64,000 nucleotides of DNA from Mobula hypostoma. Lineage: Eukaryota. Location: assembly GCF_963921235.1 (NCBI RefSeq), contig NC_086097.1:21082001-21146000 (forward strand). Reading direction: 5' to 3'. The notes beneath the pieces were generated by a model. The model was not told the origin of the DNA and searched no databases. It worked only from the letters and a program-made list of their open reading frames with translations. The position numbers and the translations under genes are program-made. Within the stretch, counting starts at the first letter, position 1. Each line of letters opens with the position of its first letter. Shown one piece after another: positions 51,691 to 64,000 of the stretch.

Positions 51691-53011
51691 AGATTAAGTT
51701 TCAAAGTTCAAAGTAAATTTATTATCGAAGTACATATATATCATCATATACACCCCTGAGAATTATTTTCTTATGGGCATTCATAGTAATTACAAGAAAC
51801 ACAACAGAATCAATAAAAAAACTGTCCCCAACAGGATGGACAAACAACTAATGTGCAAAAGATAACGAACTGCGTAAATACAAAAAGAAAGAAGTAATAA
51901 TAATAAACAAGTAAGCAATATATATTTAGAATATAAGATGAAGAGTCCTTGAAAGTGAGTTCGTAGTTTAGCATGGAAAAGATGGGCTGAAGGGCTTGCT
52001 TTTGTGCTGTAGTACTATATGACTCTATTCAGACTGCAGAGGTTGTCTTGGAATTCCATACAACTTCAGTTACTGGGATCTCATGATGTACTTACATTTT
52101 AGGAAGGGCCTATTAAGGTGTGATCCAGTCCCTGTTCCCACAATAATGCAAAAGTATTCACCAACTACCTATCTGATCAGCAGAAAAGTCCAGTCAAAGG
52201 AGATTCCACAGACCCTCCTTACTGAAGCCCCTTCCCTCATAAATCCTTTAGTCTGAGATCACTGAATGTTGTGATCTGCTCTGAAAAACCACATGATGAT
52301 TTACATGCCTCTCTCAAACAGCTCTTGTCCAGTCAGCTGAAGTTACTTGACCTCAGTTGAAAAGGGTGAACTTATAATTACAAAATTCAAAGTAAATTTA
52401 TTATCAATGTACATATACGTCACCATGTACTAATCCGAGATTAATTTTCTTGCGGGCATTCACAGTAAATGCAATAGATTCAATGAAAGTGAAAAGTCCC
52501 CCCTCCCCCACAAGTGACTTTGTTCATCTCATAGAAAATAGAACATTGCAGCACAAAAGAAGGCCTTTGGCCCGTCGAGTCTGTAACCTAGATCTTCTCA
52601 AGTACAACTGCCAACATCAACTGCTATCCAGTCTGAAAGGATTTAACTGTAAAAGTTACTAGCTTTGACTATAAACTTAAGAAATAAATAAAATGAAATA
52701 CTGTATGTACTTAACCATTGCTCACTCCTATTCTGAATCTGCCACACTCCAAAATTCATTGTTCAAAACCACAGGCATCAGAATTTTGGATGGCATCAAA
52801 TAGAAAGGAGTTTGGAAGATGGGAAGTCAGTCAGGCGAGCAGGGAAAAGTGAATTTGAGACCGGTAGAGCAGGGATTCAGTGTTTGATAAGTGGCCTGTC
52901 AAAACTCACTGGCCACAGCGAGTAGGCACTTTGGCAGAATAACGGGAGGCAATGAACAACCTTGAAACTGAGCCCTAGCAATTGACCAAAGGAAATCAAT
53001 GTGAGAGACCT

Positions 53012-53585
53012 GTGTATAAGACATTGGTGAGGCCAAATTTGGAGTATTGTGTACAGTTCTGGTCACCTAACTATAGGAAGGATATCAATAAGATTGAAAG
53101 AGCGCAGAGAAGATTTACTAGGATGTTGCCGGGTCTTCAGGAGTTGAGTTACAGAGAAAGATTGAACAGGTTAGGACTTTATTCCTTGGAGCATAGAAGA
53201 ATGAGGGGAGATTTGATAGTGGTTTACAAAATTATGAGGGGTATAGACAGAATAAATGTGACTAGGCTCTGTCCACTTAGATTAGGAGAGATAAATAGGA
53301 GAGAACATGGCTTTAGGGTGAAAAGAGAAAGGTTTGGGGGAACATTGGGGGAACTTCTTCACTCAGAAAGCGTTGGGAGTGTGGAACGAGCTGCCATCTG
53401 ACGTAGTAAATGCGGGCTCACACTTAAGTTTTAAGAATAAATTGGATAGGTACATGGATGGGAGAGGTCTGGAGGGTTATGGACTGGATGCAGGTCAATG
53501 GGACTAGCGGAATAATGTTTCGACATAGACTAGAAGGGCTGAATGGCCTGTTTTCTGTGCTGTAGTGTTTTATGGTCCTATGGTT
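53012..53585 (+). mobile_element. CR1 LINE 3' fragment
   Basis: YKTLVRPNLEYCVQFWSP..RRMRGDLI..YKIMRG. Confidence 0.88.
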
Positions 53586-54347
53586 CTAAAAGGGACGAAA
53601 CTCGTCGGCAGAAAAATCAATGGGTACAAGACTTTTGAGCATAAATAAGGCTTGGATTTTTCATAAACCCAAGAGATTCCACAGATCTTGAAATCCAGAG
53701 CAACACACAATGCAAGTGCTGAAGGAATTCAGCAGGTCAGGCAACATCTATGGAAATAAATGAACAGTCAAGGTTCAGGGCTGAGACTCTTCATCAGGAC
53801 TGGAATGGAAAGGGGAAGATGCCAGAATAAAAAGGTGGGGGGAGAGGAACAAGGACAAGCTAGAAGGTAATAGGAGAAGTCAGCAGAGGAGAGAGGACCA
53901 TGGGAAGAGGAGGGAAACCCGGTTGAGGTGATAAGCAGGTGAGGAGAAGAGGAAAGAGGCCAGAGAGGGGAATAAAAGAAGAGAGAAGGGGGAGGGGAAA
54001 AGAAACAAAAAACAGAAAAAAGATTACCAAATACAATTGACGACTCCAACAGATTCACACGCAAAGTGTTCACCCACCTGGAAAGACTGTTTTTGATCCA
54101 GAATGGAAGTGAGGGAGGAGGTGTATGGGCAGGTGTAGCATTTCTGTCATTTGTAGAAATATGTGACAGGGAGATTAGCGGGAAGGGATGAATGGAAAAG
54201 GGATTCACAGAGGGAACGATCCCTGTAAAAAATGGAGAGTAAGAGGGAGGTAAGGATGTGTTTGGTGGTAGGATCTGGTTGTTCAGTAATCCACTGTATA
54301 CAGGCATTTTGAAAGCTGAACTCTTACAGCAAACCATACTCCTAAAC

Positions 54348-54882
54348 TTCCTGTACCTAATAAAGTAGCCACTGAGAGTATTTCTGTATGTTCACGGTCT
54401 TCTGCTGACATGGCCCTTCCACTTCAAGGTTTGACATGTTGTGCATTCAGAGATGCTCTTCTGCACACCACTGATTATTTGAGTTACTGTCACCTTCCTG
54501 TCAGGACAAACCAATCTGGCCATCGTCCTCCAACCTCTCTTACAGTGTTTTTGCCCACAGAACTGCTGCTCACTGTTTTTTTGTTTTGTTTTTCACACCA
54601 TTCTTTGTAAACTCTAAAGACAGTTGTGCATGAAAGTCCCAAGAGTTCAGCAGTTTCTGAAATACTCAAACCTCCCAGTCTGACACCAACAATTATTCCT
54701 TGGTCAAAGTCACTTAGATCGCATTTCTTTCCCATTCTGATGTTTGGTCTGAACAACAATTGAACCTCTTGAACATGTGTGCGTGCTTTTATGCATTCAG
54801 TTGTTGCCATATGATTGGCTGACTACATATTAGCATTAATAAGCAAGTGTACAGATATACCTAATAAAATGGACACTGAGTA
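54348..54882 (-). mobile_element. Non-autonomous Tc1-like derivative
   Basis: MGKKCDLSDFDQGIIVG..SISETAELLG; reverse complement of 46091-46643. Confidence 0.8.
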
Positions 54883-57800
54883 TATGTCCAACAACAAGGT
54901 ATATAATGGTATACCATTATATATCTAACAAAATGTTGATAAGTAAAAATGTACTGCCAACTCAACAGTTTTATTGATCTATATGGCTAATACAAGGGGC
55001 ATAATTTTAAGGTGATTGGAGGAAAGCTGGGGGTGGGGACGTCAGAGGTAAGTTGGGTTTGTGGATTGCCCTTTCTGAGTGGTGCTGAAGGCAGATACAT
55101 TAGGGGCATTTAAGAAACACCTAGAAAGGCACATGGATGATCAAAAACTGGAGGGCTATGTAAGAGAGAAGGGTAAGATTGATCCTAGAATAGGTTAAAA
55201 GGTTGGCACAACATTATGGGCCAAAGTACCTTGACTGAACTGTAATGTTTTATGTTTCTGTCATATATTTTTAAAATTCTAAGATTCCTGACAGTGTTTA
55301 AAATTATTTTCAGGTAATACTGTGAACTTTACATCCAAGTAAAAATAAATGCCCGTTCAGCCCCAAAGAATTAGAATCAATCCTATAAATATATCAGCAG
55401 TGAAGTGCTGTTCTGGCTGTAATCCAATACAGCCTGAACAGTATATTGCTATTGATCTGTGCTGCAGACAGTCGGTACATCAATGCATTTCAGACGAAAG
55501 AAATCTCTTGCTTCACTGGGTTCTGTAAGATCTTTGACACTGTAAAGACAAACTCTGAATCCCGTAGGAACAGGACGACATCTGTACAGTTATCACTCCA
55601 AGTCTGGTGCTTTTTTAAAAACAAGGGAGCCAGTCGTTCAGCTGCTGTATGACACAGTCTCGAGACTCCGATGTTTAGGCATGGTCTCGGCTGAGGTAGT
55701 GGTAGTGCCTAAGGCACTCCACGTGGCTTCAGTGAGGGAGCTGCAGAACAATCAGCTCGGACTCACTCTGTCTGGTATCAAGCCGTTCACTGGAAGCCTC
55801 AGATGTGTTCAAACCTCAAAGTAAAATTTATATTCAAGGTACGTATGTGTCACCATATACTGCCCTCTTCTTATAAGCACTCACAGTAGATGCAAAGAAA
55901 CACAGTAGAATCAATGAAAAACTACACACAAGCCAAGACCGATGAACAACCAATGTGCAAAAGAAGACAAGGTGTGCAAATAAAAAAAATAGTAATAATA
56001 ATAAATAAGTGGAAACAATACTGAGAACATGAGTTGTGGGATGGGTATCATCGGGTAAGGGAGGAGTTCAGGCTTGGCTGTGATCTTCTCTGGAATGAAA
56101 TAGACCCCCAGCGCGGAATAAATGATGTACAAAGGAGAGGTGCTGGGGGAGGTTTACACTCAGTGGGAATCATGGCCTGGGGAAAGAGGAAATGGAGCAC
56201 ACAGAAGTCAATAGTGAAAACATCAATCACAAACATACGCAGAAGAAACATTATCAAATAAAAGGCTTGTAAAGGAAATCCAACACAAGCCCCAAAGGAG
56301 TTTTAAACTGCACAAAGAACTTTCACTCCTGCAGCATCTTTCATCGTCTCAGGAAATGCCAATGTTAACATTTAGTATTTTTAGTGCAGCAGCCAAGTTA
56401 TACAAAGTATCTATCCTCCTGTAGCCTCAGACAACTTTCCTCGCTCTCCACAACACCCGATTTCATATCATCCACATACGTACTCATCATCTGTCCAACG
56501 TTCACAACTAATGACTCAGCACCGATCTTTGTGGTACTCAACTGGTTGCAGATTTCCAAGCAGAAATAATGGACTGGACTGGTTGGGCACAGGAGTACAT
56601 TCAGCCAGAGACTCATTCCACCGAGATGCAACACTGAGCGTCATAGGAAGTCATTCCTGCCTGTGGCCATCAAACTTTACAACTCCTCCCTTGGAGGGTC
56701 AGACACCCTGAGCCAATAGGCTGGTCCTGGACTTAATTCCTGGCATAATTTACATATTACTATTTAACTATTTATGGTGCAACTGTAACAAAAACCAATT
56801 TCCCTCAGGGTCAATAAAGTATGACTATGACTATGACTAAATGCATGCTTCACCGTTATCCTCTGTCTCCTCCCAAGCCAAGTCAAAAATTTCTACAGAT
56901 GTACAGTGGAGAGCATTCTGATAGGCTGCATCACCATCGGGTATAGGGATGCTATTGCACAGATCAAAAGAAGCTACAGAAAGTTGTAAAGTTAGTCAGC
57001 TCATCTTGGGTACTAGTCTCCAAGACATCTTTAAGGAGCGGTGCCTCAGAAAGGCAGCATCCATCATTTAGGACCCCCATCACCCAGAACATGCCCTTTT
57101 CTCACTGTTATGAGCAGGTAGGAGGTTCAGAAGCCTGAAGGCACACACTCAGCGATTCAGGAACAGCTTCTTCCCCTCTGCCATTCAATTCCTAAATGGA
57201 CATTGAACCCATGAACATGACCTTGCTTTTTAAAAAAATTCCTGTTTTTGCACCACTATTTTTAAATTAATTTTTTAATATACATACCTTATAGTCACAG
57301 TAATTAATTAATTAATTTCTCTGTATTGCATTTTACTGCTGCTGTTAAGTTAACAAATTTCACAACATACTGGTGACATTAAACCTGATTCCGATTCTGG
57401 GTCCAAATAGCCAGTTTGCCTTGGATCCCATGTACCTTTGGACCAGCCTCCTCTGAAAAGTCTTGTCCGTATGGACTTTAGTCAGGCATTTGACCACCGT
57501 GCCTTCATCAACCTCAAAGGAAAACTTGCACATTCTGGACTAACTTTTACTCTCAACCCAGAGCAATGGAATTGATTCTTACGTGCCTCTAGTAAAACGG
57601 CCTGGCATGCTGGTCAGTGTAAGGGCACTGTAAGATGGACATTAAACGCTCGTTGGCAATACCCACATCCTGTGAGTGAGGAAAACCAAACGTGTTTTCC
57701 CATATCACATATTTAATGCTCCCTGAATTTCACCCAGGATGAGCTAATCAGACACCCTGGTTTCTTGTGATCATCTTAATTATCACAAGTTAGTTACGAG

Positions 57801-58324
57801 CAAGTCAGCAATTGAACCAATATATTGAGAACAGGAAATGGAATGTTATGTTGAAGTTGTACAAAATGTTGGTGAGGGATCATTTGGAGTGCAATTTGGA
57901 GGTCTAATTTGTGTGAAGTTTTGGTCACCTACCTACAGGAAAGATGTAAATGAGATTTAAGGATTACAGAGAAAATTTTCAAGGGTGTTGCCGGGTCTGG
58001 AGGGCCTGAGGACCTAAGGAAAGTTTGAATAGGTCACTCCACTCTTTAAGAAAGGAGGATGGCAGCAGAAAGGAAATTATAGACCAGTTAGTCTGACCTC
58101 AGTGGTTGGGAAGATGTTAGAGTCAATTGGTAAGGACGAGGTGATGGGGTACTTGCTGACACAGAACAAGATAGGACATAGGCAGCATGCTTTCCTTAAG
58201 GGAAAATCCTGCCTGACGAACCTGTTGGAATTCTTTGAGGAGATTACATGTAGGAGAGATAAAGGGGATGCAGTGGATGTTGTATATTTGGACTTTCAGA
58301 AGACCTTTGACAAGGTGCCTCATG

Positions 58325-59224
58325 TGTTGCTGCTTACGCGACTCCCTGTCCATTTGGCCCCCCCCATCCCTCCCCACCGATCTCCCTCCTGGCACTTATG
58401 CTTGCAAGCGGAACAAGTGCTACACATGCCCTTACACTTCCTCCCTTACCACCATTCAAGTCCCCAGACAGTCCTTCCAGGTGAGGCGACACTTCACCTG
58501 TGAGTCGGCTGGGGTGAGATACTGCGTCCGGTGCTCCCGATGTGGCCTTCTATATATTGGCGAGACCCAACGCAGACTTGAGATCGTTTCATTGAACACA
58601 TATGCTCTGTCCGCCAGAGAAAGCAGGATCTCCCAGTGACCACACATTTTAATTCCATGTCCCATTCCCATTCTGATATGTCTATCCACGGCCTCCTCTA
58701 CTGTAAAGATGAAGCCACACTCATGTTGGAGGAACAACACCTTATATTCCGTCTGGGTAGCCTCCAACCTGATGGCATGAACATTGATTTCTCTAACCTC
58801 CGTTAACACCCCTCCTCCCCTTCTTACCCCATCCTTAAATTATTAATTTTTTTTCTTCTGTCTTTCCCTCTCACAATAACTCCTTGTCTGTTCTCCATCT
58901 TCCTCTGGTGCTCCCCTCCCCCTTTCTTTCTTCCAAGGCCTTCCATCCTGTGATACTCCCCATTCTCCAGCCTTGTATCCTTTTTGCCAATCAACTTCCC
59001 AGCTCTTAGCTTCATCCATCCCCCTCCTGTCTTCTCCTATCATTTCAGGTCTCCCCCTCTCACTTTCAAATCTCTTACTATCTCAGTTTTCCGTTAGTCC
59101 TGATGAAGGATCTCGACCCGAAACATTGACTGTACTACTTCCTGTAAATGCTGCCTGGCCTGCTGTGTTCTACCAGCATTTTGTGTGTGTTGCTTGAACT
59201 TTCAGCATCTGCAGATTTTCTCAT
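58325..59224 (+). mobile_element. Penelope-like element 3' part: GIY-YIG endonuclease remnant plus terminal repeat
   Basis: CKRNKCYTCP..FTCES..VRYCVRCSRCGLLYIGETQRRL, later LEEQHLIFRLG..PDGMN; pyrimidine-rich tract, then terminal repeat. Confidence 0.9.
59096..59131 (+). ncRNA. Minimal type I hammerhead ribozyme motif (CpG-decayed)
   Basis: AGTC-CTGATGA-AGGATCTCGACCC-GAAA-CATT-GACT: intact CUGAUGA and GAAA boxes, helix I AGTC/GACT. Confidence 0.7.
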
Positions 59225-61819
59225 GAGATGGTTTTGTTGCCAAGTTTGCAGATTATACGAAGATTGGTGGAGAGGCAGGCAGTGTTGAGGAAACAGGTAG
59301 GATGCAGAAGGACTTAGACAGATTATGAGAATAGGCAAGAAAGTGGCAAATGAAATATAATGTTGGAAAATACATGATCATGCACTTTGGCAGTAGAAAT
59401 AAACGTGCGGAGTATATTCTAAATGGGGAGAAAATCCAAAAATCTGAGATGCAAAGGGACTTGGGAATCCTTGTGCAGAACACCCTAAAGGTTAACTTGC
59501 AGGTAGAGTCGGTGGTGAGGAAGACAAATGCAATGTTAGCATTCATTTCAGGAGGTCTAGAATACAAGAGCAGGGATGTGATGCTGAGGCTTTGTAAGGC
59601 ACGGGTGAGGCCTCACCTCGAGTATTGTGTATACTTTTGGGCTCCTCATCTTGGAAGAGATGTGCTGGTATTGGAGAGGATTCAGAGGAGGTTCACAAGG
59701 ATGATTCCAGGAATGAAAGGGTTATCATATGAGGAACATTTGATAGCTCTGGGTCTGTACTCGCTGGAATTCAGAAGGATGAAGGGGGATCTCATTGAAA
59801 CCTTTTGAATGTTGAAAGGCCTTGACAGAGTAGATGTGGAAAGGATGTTTCCCATGGTGGGAGAGTCTAGGACAAGAGGGCACAGCCTCAGGACAGAAGT
59901 GAGTCCAGTTAAAACAGAGATACGGAGAAATTCCTTTAGCCAGAGGGTGGTGAATTTGTGGAATTTGTTGCCATGTGCATCTCTGGAGGCCAGGTCATTG
60001 AGTGTTAAGGTAGAGGTTAATAGGTTTTTGATCGGACATGGCATCAAAGGTTATGGGGAGAAGGCTGGGAAATAGGGTTGAGGAGGAGAAAATAAAAGGA
60101 TCAGTGATGATTGAATGGCGGAGCAGACTCGATGGGCCAACTGGCCTAATTCTGCTCCTGTTTTTATTCCTTAGAATGTAGAAGATTGAGAGGAGATTTG
60201 ACAGGTATACAAAATTACGAGGAGTATAGATAATGTAAATGCAAGCATGTTTTTTTCCACTGAGTTTGGGTGGGACTACAACCAGAGGTCATGGAATAAG
60301 GGTGAAAGGTGAAAAGTTTAAGGAGGACATCAGAAGAAACCTTTCCACTCAGAGGGTTGTGAGAGTGTGGAATAAGCTGCCAGCACAGGTGCACGCGAGC
60401 TGGATTTCAACATTGAAGTGAAGTTTGGATAGGTACATGGATAGTAGAGGTATGGAGGGCTATGGTCACAGTGCAGGTTGATGGGAGTAGGCAGTTTAAA
60501 TGATCCAGCATGGACTAGATGGGCCGAAGAGCTTGTTTCTGTGTTGTATTTCTGTATGACTCCATGAATATCTACTTATTCACCCAGCCTGTTGGAGTCT
60601 TAGCCATTCACTTCCGAGCAGACCAGAACAAATGCACTGTGAGAGAACAGAGAGTATGGAGGACGAGAGGAAATACAGAGAGCTCAGGTTTAATATCACT
60701 GTCTAATTTATGATCACTGTAACATTCACCATGCTAGGGACGCCCTTGCCTTTATATGGCGCTTTTAGAACAGAAAGCCTCCCACAAACATTGAGCTGCA
60801 GAAATCTATGTCAGTACCGGTCAGTTAGCCTTTAAGATGCACTGTTAAGGAGGAAGGAGCAGAGGGATTTGGGGAGGGAGTTTCTGGAGTTGAAGTCTAT
60901 AAGTGTATATTAAAACGCGTTAAAACTCTTCTTAAAGAAGCACATCCTCAGAAACCTGACACACCTCTGTTTCTCCATCCTGAGTCTTGCTGTGTTTATC
61001 AGAATTCTGTACTTATTTTACATTTGCGCTACTTATTTTTACTTCTTCCACAGCATAAAGTTCTATCTCAGCAGTAGTTTGAGGACACAAGATTAAAAGT
61101 TAAACTTAAAGGGAGGCTCTTTTTTGCAGCCAGTTCCAACCAAACCAATTACTGCTAAAACCCATGGATTTGTAATACTTGTACAACGTGCCCTCACTCC
61201 AACAATGGTAGTTCCAAACTCGAAGATAGGTATTCAATCCTTTATTAGCAATTAGCAAACATACAATCTTGAAGCGATGAAACTTAAGCATACCCAAGTG
61301 TTAATTGAGTGGTCAGCAAAAGATATGCCATCCATCGGTCCCCAGCTGGCCAGGCAGCATCTATGGAAAAGAGTACTCAGATGCTGCCTGGCCAGCTGAG
61401 TTCCTCCACCATTCTGTGTGTGTTGCTTGGGTTACTCAGTTAGTCCTCTATTTCATTGTCCTCCATTACCTACCTCTCCAGCATTGTTTTCCAGTGGTCT
61501 GATATTCGTTCTTGTCTCTCTTTTACACTTTAAGTATCTGAAGAAACTTGGTATCCTCTTTAAATCATTGGCTAGCTTACTTTCATATTCCATCTTTACC
61601 TTTTTTAAGGACTTTTTTAGTTTCCTTCTTCTTAAATGCTTTCCAGTTCTCTAACTTCCCACTAATTTTTGCTCTATTATATGCCCTCTCTTTGGCTTTT
61701 ATGTTGGCGTTGACTCTAACCTGATGGCATGAATATTGCTTTATCGAACTTCCGGTAACGCCTCCCCCACCCCCACCTTTCACCATTCCCCATTCCCACT
61801 CTCACCTTATCTCCTTATA

Positions 61820-62508
61820 GGATTCCCTAAAGGTTAATTTACAGTTTGAGTCTGTGGTGAGGAAGGCAAATGCAATGTTAGCATTCATTTCAAGAGGACT
61901 AGAATATAAATGCAAGTATGTAATGTTGGGACTTTATAAAGCACTGGTGAGGCCTCACTTGGAGTATTGTGAGCAGTTTTGAGCCCCTTATCTTAGAAAG
62001 GATGTGCTGAAACTTGAGATGGTTCAAAGGAGGTTAACGAAAATGATTCCAAGATTGAATGGCTTATCATATGGAGAGTGTTTGATGGCTCTGGGCCTGT
62101 ATTTGCTGGAATTCAGAATGAGGGGGACCCGACTGAAACCTATCGTATGGTGAAGGGCCTTGATAAAGTGGATGTGAGGAGGAAGTTTCCTATGGTGGGA
62201 GAGTCTAAGACCAGAGGACACAGCCTCAGAATAGAGGGGCACCCTTTTAGAATGGAGATGAGGAGGAATTTCTTCTGCCAGAGAGTGGTAAATCTGGGGA
62301 ATTCTTTGCCACAGGCAGCTGTGGAGGCCAAGTATTTATGTATATTTAAGGAAGAGGTTGATAAATTCTCAATTGGTCAGGGCATGAAGAGATGCGGGGA
62401 GAAAGCAGGAGATTGGAGCTGAGAGGAAAATTGGATCAGCCATCATGAGATGGCAGAGCAGACTCAATGGGCCAAATGGCCTAATTCTGCTCCTATATCT
62501 TATGGTTT
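61820..62508 (+). mobile_element. CR1 LINE 3' fragment
   Basis: TRGHSLRIEG..RRNFFCQRVVNLGNSLP and CR1 3'UTR. Confidence 0.88.
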
Positions 62509-62784
62509 TACAGTCTAAGTATGAATATGTAACTTATTCCCTTCACTCTTACCACATCCCCACTTGTGACTAGTTACCATAATAAATGCGCAGCACAGAA
62601 TATAATGCAGATACATGGCTCCTGTGGATTTCAAAGACACAACTACTGAAAGGAAATCCTATTGACATACTTGGAGAAAGTCTTGTCTACCACTTCTAAA
62701 TTTTAGTAAGACACTTCAAACAAGAGAAATGCAGTAGTTGTAACATGAAGAATTGACTTAGATAGAGACAGATAGCATGGGAGT

Positions 62785-64000
62785 TGGCTCACCTGGAAGC
62801 TGGCTGTGTTTTGCTTGATGCGTGAATATGGTTTGGAACCTGTTGAGGGAAAGAGAGTGGGGAAGGAACGGAAATTGCTGGGAGGGGGTCGTGTGGGTCC
62901 GGTAATGGCAAGACAAGAGGGGGGATTGAGGGAAAGGAAGTGGAGAAGAAGTGGGATAGGGACTTGGGATCAGAGGTAGGCAGCTGGGGAGAGGTGGATT
63001 ATTGTGAAGGGAAAAATAAAGGGAATGAGGAGGTAGTGAGGGGTCGGATGAATAAAAACCAAGACAAAGGGAATAAAAGAATAAGAAATGATAGTGGAGA
63101 GAGCTCTGAAAGTGAGGAAGATGAACAAGCTCAGAGAGGAGGTGTTGTCATAATTAGGTTTAATGAGAAGGCTCAGGGACATATGAAGAAAATTAACCCG
63201 TTTGTGCTAACAACAACTCTGGCAAATAAGATAGGGGAAATAGTATTTGCAAAAGTCCTTAATGATGGCAACCTATTGGTAAGATGTGCGAATGAGGAAC
63301 AACTTGAGAAAGCACTCAAGCTAAAAGAGATAGGAAAATGCAAGGTGGAATACACTGGGAGGGTGGGAGCACAAAACATTGGTTGTAAAGGAGTGATCAC
63401 GGGGATACCAATGAGTATAAATATGGAGGAGATAAAGAGGAATATCAAGGGAGGGAAAGTAATGAATGTTCAAAGACTGAAAACGACAAAGGAGGGAGTG
63501 AAAAAGGAAAGTGAATCTGTATTGATTGAATTTGAAGAAGAAAGAGTGCCAAGGAAGGTGTTTCTGGGTTTCATGAGTTACCCAGTAAGGGTGTATGTGC
63601 CAAAGCCACTGAGGTGCTATAATTGTCAAAGGTTTGGACACGTGGCTAAAAACTGTAAAAGGCAGAGGAGATGTGCTAGATGTGGGGGTGATCATGAATA
63701 TGGAAAGTGCGGAACAGGAGTTCAACCAAAATGCTGCAATTGTGGAGGAGCTCATAATGTTGCATATAGTGGGTGTGAGGTTGTGAGATGGGAGACCAAA
63801 ATTCAAGAAATAAGAGTGAAAAGAAAGATCACTTATGCAGAAGCTGTAAGAATGTCAAGAGAACAGAATAATGCTCCTAATGAACAGGGAGCAATAGGGA
63901 TACGAGAGATGCAACAAAGAACAAATGACAGGATTTATGTAGACAAAAAGGCTCTAGTAACATTCATTGCAGGAGTGATTAATAGTACGGCTGAGGTAAA
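62785..64000 (+). mobile_element. 5' end of an I-group (Nimb/I-like) LINE, continuing past the window
   Basis: Purine-rich 5' region followed by a gag-like ORF1 with three CCHC knuckles; 5' boundary approximate. Confidence 0.8.
63048..64000 (+). CDS. LINE ORF1 nucleic-acid-binding protein with three zinc knuckles (3' partial)
   Basis: My translation from ATG 63048 is stop-free to the window end: ..KGVITGIP..YPVRVYVPKPLRCYNCQRFGHVAKNC..RCARCGGDHEYGKC..KCCNCGGAHNVAYSGC..KITYAEAVR. Absent from the ORF track, presumably because it has no stop in the window. Confidence 0.9.
   Translation, partial: MNKNQDKGNKRIRNDSGESSESEEDEQAQRGGVVIIRFNEKAQGHMKKINPFVLTTTLANKIGEIVFAKVLNDGNLLVRCANEEQLEKALKLKEIGKCKVEYTGRVGAQNIGCKGVITGIPMSINMEEIKRNIKGGKVMNVQRLKTTKEGVKKESESVLIEFEEERVPRKVFLGFMSYPVRVYVPKPLRCYNCQRFGHVAKNCKRQRRCARCGGDHEYGKCGTGVQPKCCNCGGAHNVAYSGCEVVRWETKIQEIRVKRKITYAEAVRMSREQNNAPNEQGAIGIREMQQRTNDRIYVDKKALVTFIAGVINSTAEV

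Larger units (their letters stand above)
58033..60160 (+). mobile_element. CR1 LINE RT and 3' end, interrupted by a PLE
   Basis: NYRPVSLTSVVGKMLE, QHAFLKGKSCLTNL, YLDFQKTFDKVPH, then after the insertion KFAD, RPHLEYCV, SQRVVNLWN. Confidence 0.9.

Noticed and set aside
55692..55713. let-7-like microRNA (TGAGGTAGT...)
   Set aside because: Only the first nine bases match, and I see no complementary star arm downstream.

Overview
Repeat-dense vertebrate DNA, most likely from a cartilaginous fish (ray or shark). This is inferred from the mix of CR1, Rex1/Babar-like, Penelope-like (PLE) and tRNA-SINE families, not from a database search. Most of the window is decayed, nested transposable elements. 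These include many CR1 and Rex1-like LINE pieces, a decayed two-LTR Gypsy element (5984-11422) with an internal inverted duplication, Tc1/mariner and hAT relics, a PLE GIY-YIG fragment, and an open zinc-knuckle ORF1 of an I/Nimb-type LINE running off the right edge. I recognised no host gene. A few unique stretches have splice-consistent candidate exons on the minus strand, but these are low confidence. The most notable signals are: (i) a minimal hammerhead-ribozyme motif repeated in the PLE terminal repeats, some arranged as short fold-back elements with 14-bp target duplications; (ii) a 1.2-kb 9-bp minisatellite that reads as a His-His-Ala polymer; (iii) the apparently intact LINE ORF1. I found no convincing wholly new system. 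TE boundaries are approximate unless a TSD, TIR or LTR end is quoted.
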